From: Camelus dromedarius
Taxonomy: Eukaryota
DNA: 64,000 nucleotides
Assembly (NCBI RefSeq): GCF_036321535.1
Contig: NC_087445.1
Location: forward strand, 10,170,001-10,234,000
Reading direction: 5' to 3'
The notes under the pieces were generated by a model. It searched no databases. It was not told the origin of the DNA and worked only from the letters and a program-made list of their open reading frames with translations. Positions within the stretch are counted from its first letter, which is position 1, and each line of letters begins with the position of its first letter. A program made the position numbers and the translations under genes. Shown here one piece after another: positions 24,084 to 37,324 of this stretch.

Positions 24084-24273
24084 TGTATTCCAAACTGCTC
24101 TTTGCAGCACACTTACTGGAAACATTATTGTGTTGTTCCTTAAAAAAAAAAAAAGACCGAAAATATTTTGGAATTATCCATGCTATGCAAACTAGCAATG
24201 TATATTAACATACTGAAGACTGAGTTGTTCTACAGTGGGGAAATTTCAAACTGGTAACTCAACCATTGTCTAA

Positions 24274-24775
24274 TGTGATGATTAATTTCATGTTTCAGCT
24301 GACAGGGTGCCCAGGACTTGGGCCAAAGGTTAATCTGGATGTGTATGTACCGGTGTTCTGGATGACATGATGACATTAACATCTGAATAGGTAGACCGAG
24401 TAAAGCTGATTTCCCTCAGAACAGTGAGTGGCTCCCATGCAGCTGGTGGAAGGCCTGCGAGAAACAACAAAGCTGACCCACCAGTAAGTGTGAGGAAACT
24501 CCTCCTGCCCGACCGCCTTGAGTAAAGGCGCCAGTGTTTTCTGACTTCAGATTTGCCCTGAAACATCAGGTCCTCCTGGGTCTTGAGGCCACCAGGCTTC
24601 CAAATGGAACAACACTACAACTCTCCTGGGTCTGCAGCCTGCCAACTGCAGCTCTGGGGACTTATAAATCTCCCTAATCACCAATTCCATATAATAAATC
24701 TTTCTCTCTAGAGTGAGAGACAAAGAGAGAGAGAGATCCTATTGGTTGCATTTCTCTGGAAATCCTGACTAATAA
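24274..24775 (+). mobile_element. MLT2 (ERVL) solo LTR
   Basis: Starts TGTGATGATTAATTTCATGT and ends CCTATTGGTTGCATTTCTCTGGAAATCCTGACTAATA, with AATAAA followed by an (AG)-rich tract. Confidence 0.85.
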
Positions 24776-25654
24776 TCCTCATAATAAATAAATAATTTGA
24801 CACACAGTTTTCCTTTTCCTTTGGGAGAACACTAATAACATCCTGCAGAGGAAAAGCATTTAAAAATATAGTGATGGGAAAAACAAGTTAAACAACATTC
24901 AACAATTTGCTAAAGATATTAATTTTTTAAAGTATGAATTTTTAAAATTTTTCTTAACTGACAAAGCTTTCTAAGGAGTTTGAAAACTACATTTCAGCCT
25001 TTTGTGATATGCTTACACATACCCAAAATGCATAGAAAAAAATCAAACTGTATTTTAATAAATATCATCCTGTAGTGTTCTTTTAAAATTCTGATATTTA
25101 GGCTTGAAGTAGAAACGTTTTATAAATGATACTGATGAAAATTTTTTTATCAATCAGATTAAGGGACAGAATTAAAACAAAAGCAAACATAAGAAAACTA
25201 AGTATATATGAACTAACAAAGGCAGATTATGACACTGATGATCTTGCAAGTAATCATCTCATTTTATAAGAGAGGCAATGCACATGCACCAAATATATCT
25301 CAGACTTGTGTGAGTTTTTATTTATATCTTTAATTTAGCTTATACATTCTGTACAAGTGCTGTGGGAAAGAAATAAAACTAAAAATTAAAACCTGACGTA
25401 CTAGTATAATAAAGTATACAGTATACTTGTTGACTGATCCTATTAATGTTGCATATATATAAATGTATTTGTCAATGAAGAGCTCGAACTTTAATTTTTT
25501 ATTCTAAAATTCTAAATCATGCAGGAAAAATTTACAGAAAATGAAACATGAGGGAAAGAGCTAGCATTGTTTGAAATATGTAAAATTGTCAGACTATAAG
25601 GTATAAAAGGACTAGTTCAATGAATACAATGGTGAACTAAACTGTCTGAATAGT

Positions 25655-28600
25655 GAGGAGAGGTCAAGATGGCAGAGTAGGAGGATACAGAGCTCACCTC
25701 TACCTGTGAACACACTAAAAATACATCCATATGTGGAGCAATCCTCACTAGAAACAAACTGGACCCTGGCAGAAAGACTCGTCTACAGCCAAGGCTGTAA
25801 TAAATATACACACAAGATCAAGTAGGAAGGGAAGAGAAGTCAGGTCAGGACCTGTGCCTCTAGGAGGGGACACAGAAGAGGAGAGGGATTACATGGGTTT
25901 GGTGACCCTCCCTGGGGAGTGAGAAGCTTGAATCACATATTGGGCACCCCAGCACTGTGGTTTGACACCAGGAGGATGGGTCCCCTTAGCTGGTTTGAAA
26001 ATCAGTGGGACTGACAGTGGGGCTGTAAGAAACCTAGACTTCACTCATGAGGAGTGCACACATGCTTGCTTACTCCTGAAAAAAGGTGGAGAAAGAAGAT
26101 TGACACTGCCTGGGATTCTGGCCAGTTTCCCATGAACACAGCAGCCTGAGCCAAGCACCCACTCTTACCCGTCTTGCTCAGCAGGGCAGCTCTATGCTAG
26201 GTCAAAGAATGACATGACCAAGTTGAGTGCACAGTTGTGGGGATCAGAGCAGGATCAGATATGGCAAAGCATCTGAAGAGAGCAAGAGCAGCCATCACTG
26301 GTGCTCACAGAGGTGGCAGAGCAGAAGCAGTCCAGAACTCTGACTGCTGTCCCAGGACCACCCCAGCCAGCACCCCAGCCCACACAGGAGGCCTGCTTCA
26401 GCTCCTCTTGCTCCAGCACTATGACCATCTTGGGTGAACACACACTTAGAGGGAACTGAACCAGCTCAGACCCAAACTTCAGGGCTTCTGCTCCAGCAAC
26501 TTGGGACACACTCCCACCTCTGATAGGGTGGTATCGGCCACCGAGCAGGGAAAAGGCACTGGCTCACACCTGACTCAGCCTCTAGCCAATCCATCTCCAG
26601 CCCCAACTCCAACCAAGCTGACAGCTGCCAGCACACCCTGAGAAAAGATGTGACTCATGCTTGGGTCAGATCCAGCTCTCTCACCAAGGCCACTGGGCAC
26701 ATGCACACTGTATAGGGATGCTTCCACACAAAGATAACACTTCAGAACTAGGCTAGGTAACTGTTTCAACTAATTTCATAGAGAGAGAGAAAGTTAAGCA
26801 AAATGAGAAGACAGAGGATTTTTTTCAAATGAAAGAAAAAGAAAAAAACTCTGAAAAAATTCTAATGAAACAGAGACAATTTACCAGATAAAGAAGTTCA
26901 AAGCTTAGTAATAAGAATAATAAGAATGCTAACTTAACTAGGGAAAAGAATAATGAACAGAGTGAAATTTTTAACAAGAAACTAAAAAATATAAGAACCA
27001 AGCGGAACTGATGAATGCAATAACTGAAATGAAAAACACACTAGAAAAAATTAATAACAGACTAGGTGATACAGAAGAATCCATAAGTGATCAGAAAGAT
27101 AGAAAACTGGAAATCACCCAATCAGAAAAGCAAAAAGAAAAAAAAAATTTAAATGAGAACAGTTTAAGAGACTCTAGGATAATACCAAGTGTGCTAACAT
27201 TCACATTATAGGGGTTGCAGAAAGAGAAGAGAGAGAGAAAAGGGTTGAACATGTATTTGATAAAATTATAGCTGAAAAACTCTTGAACCTGAAGAAGGAA
27301 ACAGATATCCAGGTACAGAAAGCACAAGAGAGTTCTAGAGAAGCCAATCAAAGAGACCCACACCAAGACATATCATAATCAAAAATGGCAAAAGTTACAA
27401 AGAGAATTCTAAATGCAGCAAGAGAAAAACAAAGAATCATATACAAGCCAACCTCCATTAGAGTATTAGCTAATATTTCTGCCAAAACTTTGCAGGCCAT
27501 AAGAAAGTGGCATGATATTTTGAAGTCCTGAAAGGGAACAACCTACAAACTCAGGAGGATTATCATTCAGAATTGAAGCAGAGAAAAAGAACTTCTCAGA
27601 CAAGCAAAAAAAAAAAAAGAAAAAAGAAAAAAAAAGAGTTCATCATTTCTAATCTGACCCTAAAAGAAAAATTGAAAGGTCTTTGCTAAATGGAAAACAA
27701 ATACCTATAACAAGAAGAAAGAAGCTATTGGAAAGGAAAAACCCCACTAGTAAAGGCAAATATATAGTAAAAGCTGTGGATCAGCTACTTAAATAAGCTA
27801 GTATTATGCCTGAGAGACAAAAATTGTAAAGTCTACTATAACTACAATAAACAGTTAAGGGATAGACAAAGATGTAAAATAAGACACTATAAATACATAA
27901 CATAGATTAATAAAATATCGATCTTTTAGAATGTGCTTTGAGCCTCAATGACTACCAGTTTAAAACAAGTAAATATAGTTATAAGTCAAATTATGAACAT
28001 CATGCTAACTACAAATGAAAAATATACACAAAAGCTAGGGACAGAAACACAAGATACCACTAAAGGAAATCATAAAACCGTAAGAGAAGAAACTAAAAGG
28101 AGAAAAGAACAAAGAACTATAAAAACAAAAATAAAATAAAACAAAACAGAAGTAACAAAATTGCCAGTAAGCACATACCTATTTATAATTACTTTAAATG
28201 TTAATTGACTAAGTCTTCCAGTCAAAAGACATAGGGTGGCTGATTGGATTAAAAAAAATACCCATCTATGGGCTGTTTACAAGAGACTTACCTCAGAACT
28301 ATAGACACACACACAGACTGAAAGTGAGGAGATGGAAAAAAGATATTTCATGCAAATAGAAACAACAAGAAAGTGAGGGTAGTGATAATCATATCAGACA
28401 AAATAGGCTTTAAAATAAAGTTCTATAACAAAAGACAAAGACAGGCATTATATAATGATAAAGTGATCAGTACAAGAATAGGATACAACATTAGTTAATA
28501 TATTTGCAACTCATACACGAGTTTTATATATTTAGTTACATATATAAAGCAAACATTAACAGACATAAAGGGAGAAATTGACAACAATATAAAATGATAG

Positions 28601-30948
28601 AAGGGGATTTTAACACCCCACTTACATCAATGGGCACATCATCCAGAAAGAAAATGAGTATCTTTACTCTTTACAGTAATCTTAAATCACACATTAGACC
28701 AGTTCTCCTTAATAGATACCTACAGGACATTCCACTCTAAAGCAGCTGCATGTACATTCTTTTCAAGTGTACATGAAAAATTCTCCAGGACAGATCACAT
28801 GCTAGGCCATACAACAAGTCTCAACAAATTTAAGAGGATAAAAATTATATCAAGCATTTTTATCTGATCACAATGGTATGAAACTAGAAATCAATTACAT
28901 TTAGAAAAATGCAGGAAAAAAACCACATGCTACTGAAAAAACAAAGGGTCAATGGAGAAATCAAAAAGAAAACCAGAAAATACCTTGAGACAAATGAAAA
29001 TTAAAACATAGCTCTTAAAAATCTGTAAGATATAGCAAAATAGTTCTAAGAGAGAAGTTTATAGTAATACAGAACTAAGTCAGAAAATCAGAGAAAGCTC
29101 AAACAATCTATTACCTAAAGGATTAAGGAAAGGAATAAACAAAGCCCAAAGTGAGCAGAAGGAAGGAAATAATAAAGATCAGAGAAGAAATAAATAAAAT
29201 GCAGGCCAAAAAAAGAAAAAATAGAAAAGATCTGTAAAACCAAGAGCTGGTTTTTTAAAAGGATTAACCAAATTGACAAGCCTTTAGCTAGGCACATCAT
29301 GAAAAAAGAGAAAGGACCCAAATAAAATAAGAAAAGAAGAGAAATTACAACCAATAACACAGACATATAAAAAACCATAAAAGAATACTATAAACAGGTA
29401 CACTAACAAATTTGACCACCTAGAATAAATGGATAAATTCCTAGAAACCTACAATCTTGTGCTCGCTTTGGCAACACATACAGTAAAACAGAAACCTACA
29501 ATCTTCCGTGACTGACTCAGGAAGAAGGATAGAATCAGGAAGGATATATATTTGGAAAAGACTGATCACTAGTAGTGACACTGAATCTGTACTAAAACAA
29601 TTTTTAAAAAATTCCCAGCAAACAAAAATCCAGGATCAGAAGGCGTCACAGAGAAATTCTCTGAAACATAAAATAACTTATATCTATCTTTCTTAATCTA
29701 TTCTAAAAACTGAAGAGGACAGAATACTCCCAAATTCTTTCTACAAAGTCATCATTACTCTGACATCAAAACCAGACAAAGGTGCTACAAAAGAAAGAAA
29801 ATACAGGCCAATATCCTTGATGAATACAGATGCAAAAATCATCAACAAAATATTGGCGAACTGAATCCAATAATGTATAAAAAGGATCATACACTATGAT
29901 CACGTTTGATTTATTCTAGGGTCACAAAGATGATTCAACATATGCAAATCAGTCAATGAGATACAATCACTTAATGAAAAGAAAGACAAAAACCACACAA
30001 TCATCTCAATAGATGCAATAAAAGCATTTGACACAATTCCATGTTTATTCACAATAAAAATTCTCATCAAAGTGTGTATAGAGGGAATATAGCTTAACAT
30101 AATTAAGGGCATTTATGATAAACCAACAGCTATCATACTTAACAGTGAAAAGCTAACCATTTTTTCTCTAAAATCAGGAACAAGACAAGGATGCCCACTC
30201 TTATAACTGCTATTTAATATAGTACTGGAAGTTCCAGTCACAGCTATCAGACAAGGAAAACAAAAGGCAGACAAGGAAAACAAATAAAAGGCAACCAAGT
30301 TTGAAGTGAAGAGGTAAAGCTGTCACTGTTTATGGATGAGATGCTAACTATATATTAAAAAAAAACAAAACCCTAAAATCTCAATCAAAACTATTATAAT
30401 TAATAAATTAATTCAGTAAAGTTGCAGGATAGAATATTAATATGTAGAATTCTGTTGCTTTTCTACACACTAATAATGAACTATCAGAAACAGAAAGCAA
30501 GAGAACAATCCTGTTTATAGTTGCATCTAAAAGAAGAAAATACCTAGGAACAAACTTAACCAAGGGGGTGAGAGACCTGTCCTCAGAAATCTATAAAACA
30601 CTGATAAAGGAAATTGAAGATGATACAAACAAATGGAAAGATACCCTGTGTTCATGGATTGGTAGAATTAATATTTTTAAATGACCCTACTACCCAAAGC
30701 AATGTATACATTTAATTCAATCCTCACTATAAGAATATTCATGACATTTTTCACAAAACTAGAACAAATAATCCTAAATTTTATATGAACCCACACACAA
30801 AAAATATTGAATAGCTAAAGCAATCTGAAGGGAAAAAAAAAAAAAAAAAGCTGGAGGTGTCACACTCCCTGACTTCATACTATACTACAAAGCTACAGTT
30901 ATCAAAACAGTAAGGTACTGGCCTAAAAACAGAAACAGATCAATGAGC
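25655..30948 (+). mobile_element. L1 with intact 5' start: 5'UTR, ORF1 and most of ORF2 (decayed, 3' end missing)
   Basis: Starts GAGGAGAGGTCAAGATGGCAGAGTAGGAGGA. ORF1 coiled coil MNAITEMKNTLEKINNRLGDTEESISD, EN domain ~28160-28900, RT motifs [11 protein letters not shown] and GTRQGCPL. Ends at AAAAACAGAAACAGATCAATG. Confidence 0.93.
29459..29489 (+). pseudogene. 3'-truncated, tailless U6 snRNA retropseudogene
   Basis: GTGCTCGCTTTGGCAACACATACAGTAAAA versus U6 5' end GTGCTCGCTTCGGCAGCACATATACTAAAA. Flanked by perfect 16-bp direct repeats AGAAACCTACAATCTT (29443-29458 and 29490-29505). Confidence 0.92.
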
Positions 30949-30959
30949 AAATGTAGCTC

Positions 30960-31212
30960 GACACATTCCATTTAAAAGGCATTGAGAATATGAAAATAAT
31001 TGAGAGTGATAAAAACAGAAAGGATTGTTTTTCTTGGTGGGGTTTGGGGATGGCTTTGAATTAACTAGAAGTGAACTAGTGTGATATTTCTGGATAACAG
31101 ATATATTCTGTGTTTATTAGCATGGTGGTTGCAAGGGATCAATTGTTAGAACACGTCAAGTTGAATGCTTAAGTGTGCATTTTATCACATGTAAATAATT
31201 TCTCAATAAAAA
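30960..31212 (+). mobile_element. Old L1 (L1ME/L1MC-type) 3' terminal fragment
   Basis: TTCTGGATAACAGATATATTCTGTGTTT..GGTGGTTGCAAGGG..CTTAAGTGTGCATTTTATCACATGTAAATAATTTCTCAATAAA. Confidence 0.65.
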
Positions 31213-32736
31213 ATAAGGTTAATAGGTTAAAAGCTCTCCTAGGATATCATTCGTAACAATGCCTGGAAAAGACGGAGACTATCGGTAGATGACGTATCAA
31301 GGCAGCAGTGGCAGCCATGTGCTCCATCAAGAAGGAATGTTGTATCACTAATACTGTTTAGAATTACTGGTGTATGGTCATTTAAAAAAAGGCAAATTGA
31401 CTACTAGTTAATTCTATTGTCGTTGTATCTATGCAGACAATGCCCCCTTTTATTTCCTGTACCTGGGTTCAGGTACAATACAGATTGGAACTTGCCAACT
31501 ATTTAGTGCGTAAGACTCAAGCTTGAGTGAAAATGGTTACAGTAGAGCAGAAGCTAAGTCAAAATGTACAAGACCAGAAGAGAGATGCCCAAAAAAACCA
31601 ACAGAGTCTAAAAATCCAAACTGATGTTTACTGAAAAAGTCTATCAAGTTCTATCATTGCTTGAGTGGCAGAAACACCGGCCAACCAGTGGTAGTAACTG
31701 AGTCAAGCAAGTAAGAAAACAGAAATGTTTGGAGCACCATTTACCATAAATACCAGATACACTCCAAGAAGATGGATTATCAAACATTTCCAGAAATTTT
31801 TCCTTTATACCCAAACCTGTTTTAAGGCCAATAGACTTTGGTGACATTTTATTCTCCCTAACAAAGGCACACCAACATTAATTACAGCTCCTAGGAGTGG
31901 TCTTGAATTCTGGCTGCTCTAAGTGGAAAGGGAAATTACTGAAGTACAGACTTGGTTCCGCTACTTAGAGAGCTTTCAGGATTTCCTTTCTTCTTATACG
32001 TACTTATTAAGTCCCTTTCATCTTTGGTTTTCTGACTGATTTCTCTTTCCTTGCAACTTGAAAGGGCCTAAGAAAAATCTAATTACTAGGCTTCGGAGGA
32101 TGGGAATTGACATATAGCATAGGAGAGCAGGAAACAGTTCAGGAATATGCTTTTCTTATTGTCGCAAGTTTACATCTATTTTGCCAAGTCTGAGAAAATA
32201 CAGACCTGTCCAAAACACTTCTCCATAAGCCCCATTTTCTTTCAGGGAATTTCTCTTCCTAGCAGCTCTTCTTGTGCTCTTAGGTATTTTTAACCAGAAC
32301 ATAAGCTGCTTGTTGGAATGGGATCAATTTTACTTCTCTTTTGCTTATCCTTCCACAAGCTTCGCATCTCAATCAAAATTTGGAAAAAAAAAAAAGGAAA
32401 AAAAACTGTAAAAGACTGTGGAAAGAGAAGATAGGAGAATGGAGGCTAACAGATCCCAGATTCATTGTTCTCCTCAGGAGAAATAAAGCAGTTGAGTTTT
32501 CAAAAAGGGGAAATGAAACACCCCAGGAATTCTGAACCTAATCAATGCCTATTACTACATTTTTTCTAAAAACAGAATACAGGTTCCACAACAGGGGACA
32601 AAAAAAAAAAAAAATTTACTCCAAATATTTATTATTTTCCTAAACACACAAAAAATTACAGATTCATTCCACCATCTTATTCTAAACAAATCTTATTTTT
32701 TCCTGCTGTAAAAGACTGAATAATTATCAATAATGT

Positions 32737-33131
32737 TGTATCATTTTATGGAAGCTTTTGTAATAAATTACCACAAACATAAATTTATTCTCTCATGTTA
32801 TGGAGGCCAGATGTCTAAATTCAATTTCACTGGACCAAAGTCAAGATGTTGACCAACTCATACTCCCTCTGGAAGCTCTAGGGGAGAATGCCTTTCTCAC
32901 CTCTTCCAGCTTTCCTTTGTCACGATGACTTCTGTCTGTGTCAAATCACTGTGTCCCCTCTTATAAAGATACTTGTGATTGCAATTAGGGTCCATCTGGA
33001 TAAATTAAAGTAATCTTCCCATCTCAAGATCCTTCACTCAATTGCATCTTTTACCATATAAGTTAAATATTCATGGGTTACAGAAATTACGACATGAACA
33101 TCCCTTGGGGAGTTATTATTCAGCCTAGCAC
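32737..33131 (-). mobile_element. MLT1 (ERVL-MaLR) solo LTR
   Basis: GTAATAAATTACCACAAAC..AATTTATTCTCTCA..GGAGGCCAGATGTC..CCCTCTTATAAAGATACTTGTGATTGCAATTAGGG..TATTCAGCCTAGCACA. Confidence 0.8.
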
Positions 33132-35074
33132 AACCTCTTTTTTAATGTTCACATTGATAAAAACAAGTTGTAGTAAAGGAGACAAATGGATTCAAGTACA
33201 ATGAATGATATTTTAGCCCCAAAATTGAACTACTCAAATACCTAAAAAGAAAATAGTACATCTTGTTTTCTCTTGAATGAATTATTTTAAGGAATAAAAG
33301 TGATTAAAACTTTCCCCCTCTTTGTTTAATGATAAATGTAGAATTTTAGCTAATTAATAACATCATATTCAAAATCTTCACTCTGAAAATAAGCATTATT
33401 AATTTCAAATTGAGAATTAGAAGTTTATCAGGAAAATTCTGTTAGATATAATTTTGTTTTAACAATTCAGCCCAACAATCTGTAAATAATTAAAATTACA
33501 TCAATCCAGTCTTCAGCTAAAAATATAGCAACACTGCTTTTTTTTTTTTTTTTTTTGGTAAAAGCTTTAGTATAAAAATTACTCAGTGTGGATTAGACTG
33601 AGAATATACTGCAACCTTGAATCTGGATGGAGCATCATACCTAAATACCGGCAATATCCCCAATCCATTTAAAAGAGATTTTCAAGTAGCCCGTAGGCTA
33701 TAATGTTCACCTCAGGGGAAATACTTTCTTCCTATTTTTTAATTTTAGATTTTTATAAAGTAAAATAGTCAGAAATATTATGTACCATTTTAGAATATAA
33801 TGTGGGGTTTTACATCTTAAAACTCACTAAGGTTTCTTTGTATCATATTTTATAGGCCTGTTGGAGTCATCATTTTCCATTTCTAGTGAATACTAAGGGA
33901 AGGTAATGGATGAGGGTTATAGCCTGCCTATGTAATCACTATATTTTATAGTTACATGGTAAAGGAAAAGCTGCTAGAAATTAGCTACTTTGGATAGGTT
34001 TTATTTAAAATCTCACTTTGTTAGCAATTTTTTTCTGTATCATATATTTAGAATTGGATAAAATCCATACTCTTAGACCCTTATGAGGTTTAGAACCAGA
34101 AACTAGATATTTTTCCTTTAAAAAACACATTTCTCAAAGGCAGTTTTATTTTAAAATTAGGTATAAAGTTTCTAGTATCAGCTTTTTCACTGTTGAAAAT
34201 GGCAACTAATTAGATTTAAATGTATATTATATTTTAAGAATTTTTAAAGAGACACACATGTAAATCAATTATCTTACTGGAAGTTATAGCATAGTTAACT
34301 TAAAAGAATGGATGTATATTCATAATATCCAAGTTTAACTGATACCATTTCCTTTTAAACAGAACTTGAGCAACTTCTATATCCAAAAGCTAGACACTTT
34401 TCTTTACCTTTTTTTTTCAACAAATACTGATTGGTTGCTGCTGGAAATACAAAACTCTGCATGACCACTGCCTTCAAAAAGTTGATGGAATACAGAGAAG
34501 GTAAACACAAAGCATCAGCAGGTAGCTACAATACAAAGTAACTGTGATGATTCTGAATGGAGATCGTTCTTTCAGAGTTAGAAGAAGGTAGGAATTTTTT
34601 TGGTCAAGGAAAAGCCAAGGTTTACCCTATTTTGGGCTCTTATATCTCCTTGTGATTATTTTTAGCATTTTTTACAACTCTCCCTTTCTGCAGCTCCCTC
34701 CTTTCTGCTCCACAAATCCCAGCCTCTTCAGCCATTCTCTCTCTCTTCACTTCAGTGAGACCACGATGCTTTGCTTGATTTGCTCTTCCCTTAACCAGGC
34801 AGAACGGTGGGTGATCAGAAGGTCTCACTCCCAATTGTAAACTGTAGCCATTTAGGAGATAAACAGAGTAATTAATGAACCTTGTTGTTTTGGCTAATGA
34901 GATTTCACTTAGAGATTTTCAACTGTTAGCTGCCTATGATAGCGTATGGTACAAGAGAGATGAATTAAAGAAGAAATTGATTGGTCTTTAAGAAGACTAA
35001 AGCAAACATAAAGAAAAAGAATAGATCACAGTAAAAGGGATCAGAAAGGATAGCCATGAGGCGGTGAAACAGAG

Positions 35075-35860
35075 GTAGAGGGCATGGGTTACACAATTAA
35101 TTAGAGGAGTTAAGGAAAATCTATCTGAGAAGGTGAGAACTGAGCAATGCTTGAAGATAGAGATTCAGCCAAGAAAATATCTGGGGAAAAGGGACTACAG
35201 ACACGAGCCTGAAGCAACGTCACTGGGGCAAGAGTGTACTTGGAGTGTTAGAGAATCCTCCACCATCAGAGTTAAGTGAACATGGTAAAGGGTGGAAGAT
35301 GATGCCTAGAGGTAATGAGAGAAGGCCATGCAATTCCTTCTTGATGATGTAAGGATTCTGGCTTTACTGTGAATGAAATGGAGAGCCGCTGAATATGGTG
35401 TTTTGATCAGATTTGAGTGGCATGGTCTAAATTATGTCTTAAAATATTTTCTCTAGCTGCTCCTATGTAACGATAGCAGAGAATAGAATTTCAAAGTAAA
35501 TAGAGGGTGAAGGTTAAAAACAAGAAAACTACCTATGAGGTTTTTGCAATAGTTTAGAACAAAGTTGATGGTAGCTCTGATCTGGCAGCAGTAAATAGTG
35601 AAAATTCAGGTTGGCAACATATTTTTAAAATAAAGTAACCATAATTTCCTGAAGGCATGGATGATGAGTGTGAGAGAGAGAAGAATGAAGGTCAAGTCCA
35701 GGTGATGCAGCCTGACAACCAGAAGGATGGAATTGTCTTTAACTGAGATGGAGAAGGTGGTGGATGGTGCATGTTGAGGTTAGCAGGGTAATGTCAATAG
35801 GAGGAGTGCAGATTTGAAAATATCAATTTTGAGATGACTATTAGAATTTCAAGTGAGTAT
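35075..35860 (-). mobile_element. L2 LINE fragments
   Basis: Purine-rich GTAAGGATTCTGGCTTTACTGTGAATGAAATGGAGAGCC..GAAGGATGGAATTGTCTTTAACTGAGATGGAGAAG..TTTGAGATGACTATTAGA matches antisense L2. Confidence 0.65.
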
Positions 35861-37324
35861 TTTAATATATGACGATCCATAACAGTGATTGATTATCTAC
35901 TGCAGCACCTAATCACTAGATTGTGTGTTGCTTATAAAGGGACCAGGGCATGTTTATTTTTAATTTTCCATGGCACCTAGCGCAGGGAAGAATGTATTAC
36001 CAAATCCAATGCCTCCTATTCTAATTATTCACTGCATTCCTAGGGTAGTCTAGCAAATGACTGTAGTTTTAAACAAGTCACAAGGATTTTTTTAAGTGCC
36101 TATAATATACATTGTTAAAAAAATAGAAAAAACTTCCTGAAAGCACACAACACATAAGAAAATATACAGCAGGTGTGTCTATGTATAAGTGGCTATATTC
36201 ACTGTATTTTACTGAATTAGGGCGTCTGTGTAACAATACAAAAACACACCTCTTTTGAAGCTTTCTGCTTTCTGAAGTTTCTTCTCTATCTTTGTTGTTT
36301 TAAATATAGCTCTGTAACCATGTCACAGAATATTTTCTCTTGAATTTCTCAGAATCTATAGGCTATATATTACTGAAGCATATTCACATGGGGAGTAAGG
36401 AAGGAGATAAAGCATATTTCTATGTAAATTACATTAGTAGTTTTGTTTCCCTTCATGTGGCTCATGGTGTGGACACTGTAATCCTGAATATGGAAATGGA
36501 GTGTTCAGACCATTCATGAACAAGGAATCAGTGGGAACTGCAGTGTGGAGTAAATGTTAACTTTTTAAAATATGAGCCTTTATGTGTTTATCAAAATCCT
36601 CCCTAGTAATTTTTTCTCACTAGGATTCTTTCTCACTCACAGAGAAATTCTATCACAATATATATTATTCTCTTCTGATTACACTGTCTCTTGGCTTGAA
36701 ATTTTAAAAGTCCTGAGACAAAAATGACAACTATTTTTAAATCAATCTGATCAAGTGTTGATTAAAAATATTGTTTTGTCACAGTAATAAAACTATAATT
36801 TGCTCTTAATAATGCAGATTTAAAATCAATTATCTATAATGATGCCTATATCAAATAATGGTATATATGTTTTTGAAGGGAGATTTCATATATATATATA
36901 TATATATATAGCTATCAGAATTTCACACTTAGACTTTTCTATTTAATAGCTCTTTTCTATACAACTCACATTATAGGAACCAACTTGAGTGACATCTTCT
37001 ATGGTTCTACATTAGAAGATAAGTCTTGTCAATGCCTGTCTATGTTTTTTACTGAATAAGACTCAATAATTTCAGTCATTTATTCCTAATTTATAACAAT
37101 ACTTAGCCTAACTTATGGGATCACTTTAGTTTAACTATGAAATATTGATAAGAGAATATTGGGGGAGAAAAGGGACCACATCAACAAAGAATTTTCCTAA
37201 GTTACATTACTTTTTTATATACAGTCAAAAATAGATATTTGTAAAAAAAAAAAAAAGGAATTCACATTCATACTATGTAGTGATTAAAAACTTATTATTT
37301 GGGAATTTCAAAATAAGTGAAAAG

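Noticed and set aside
30248..30284. 17-bp direct repeat CAGACAAGGAAAACAAA as a TSD
   Set aside because: Only 3 bp lie between the copies. It is an ordinary local tandem duplication inside a dead L1.
25655..30948. Active full-length L1
   Set aside because: ORF1 and ORF2 have many stops and frameshifts, there is a U6 insertion, and the 3' end is missing.
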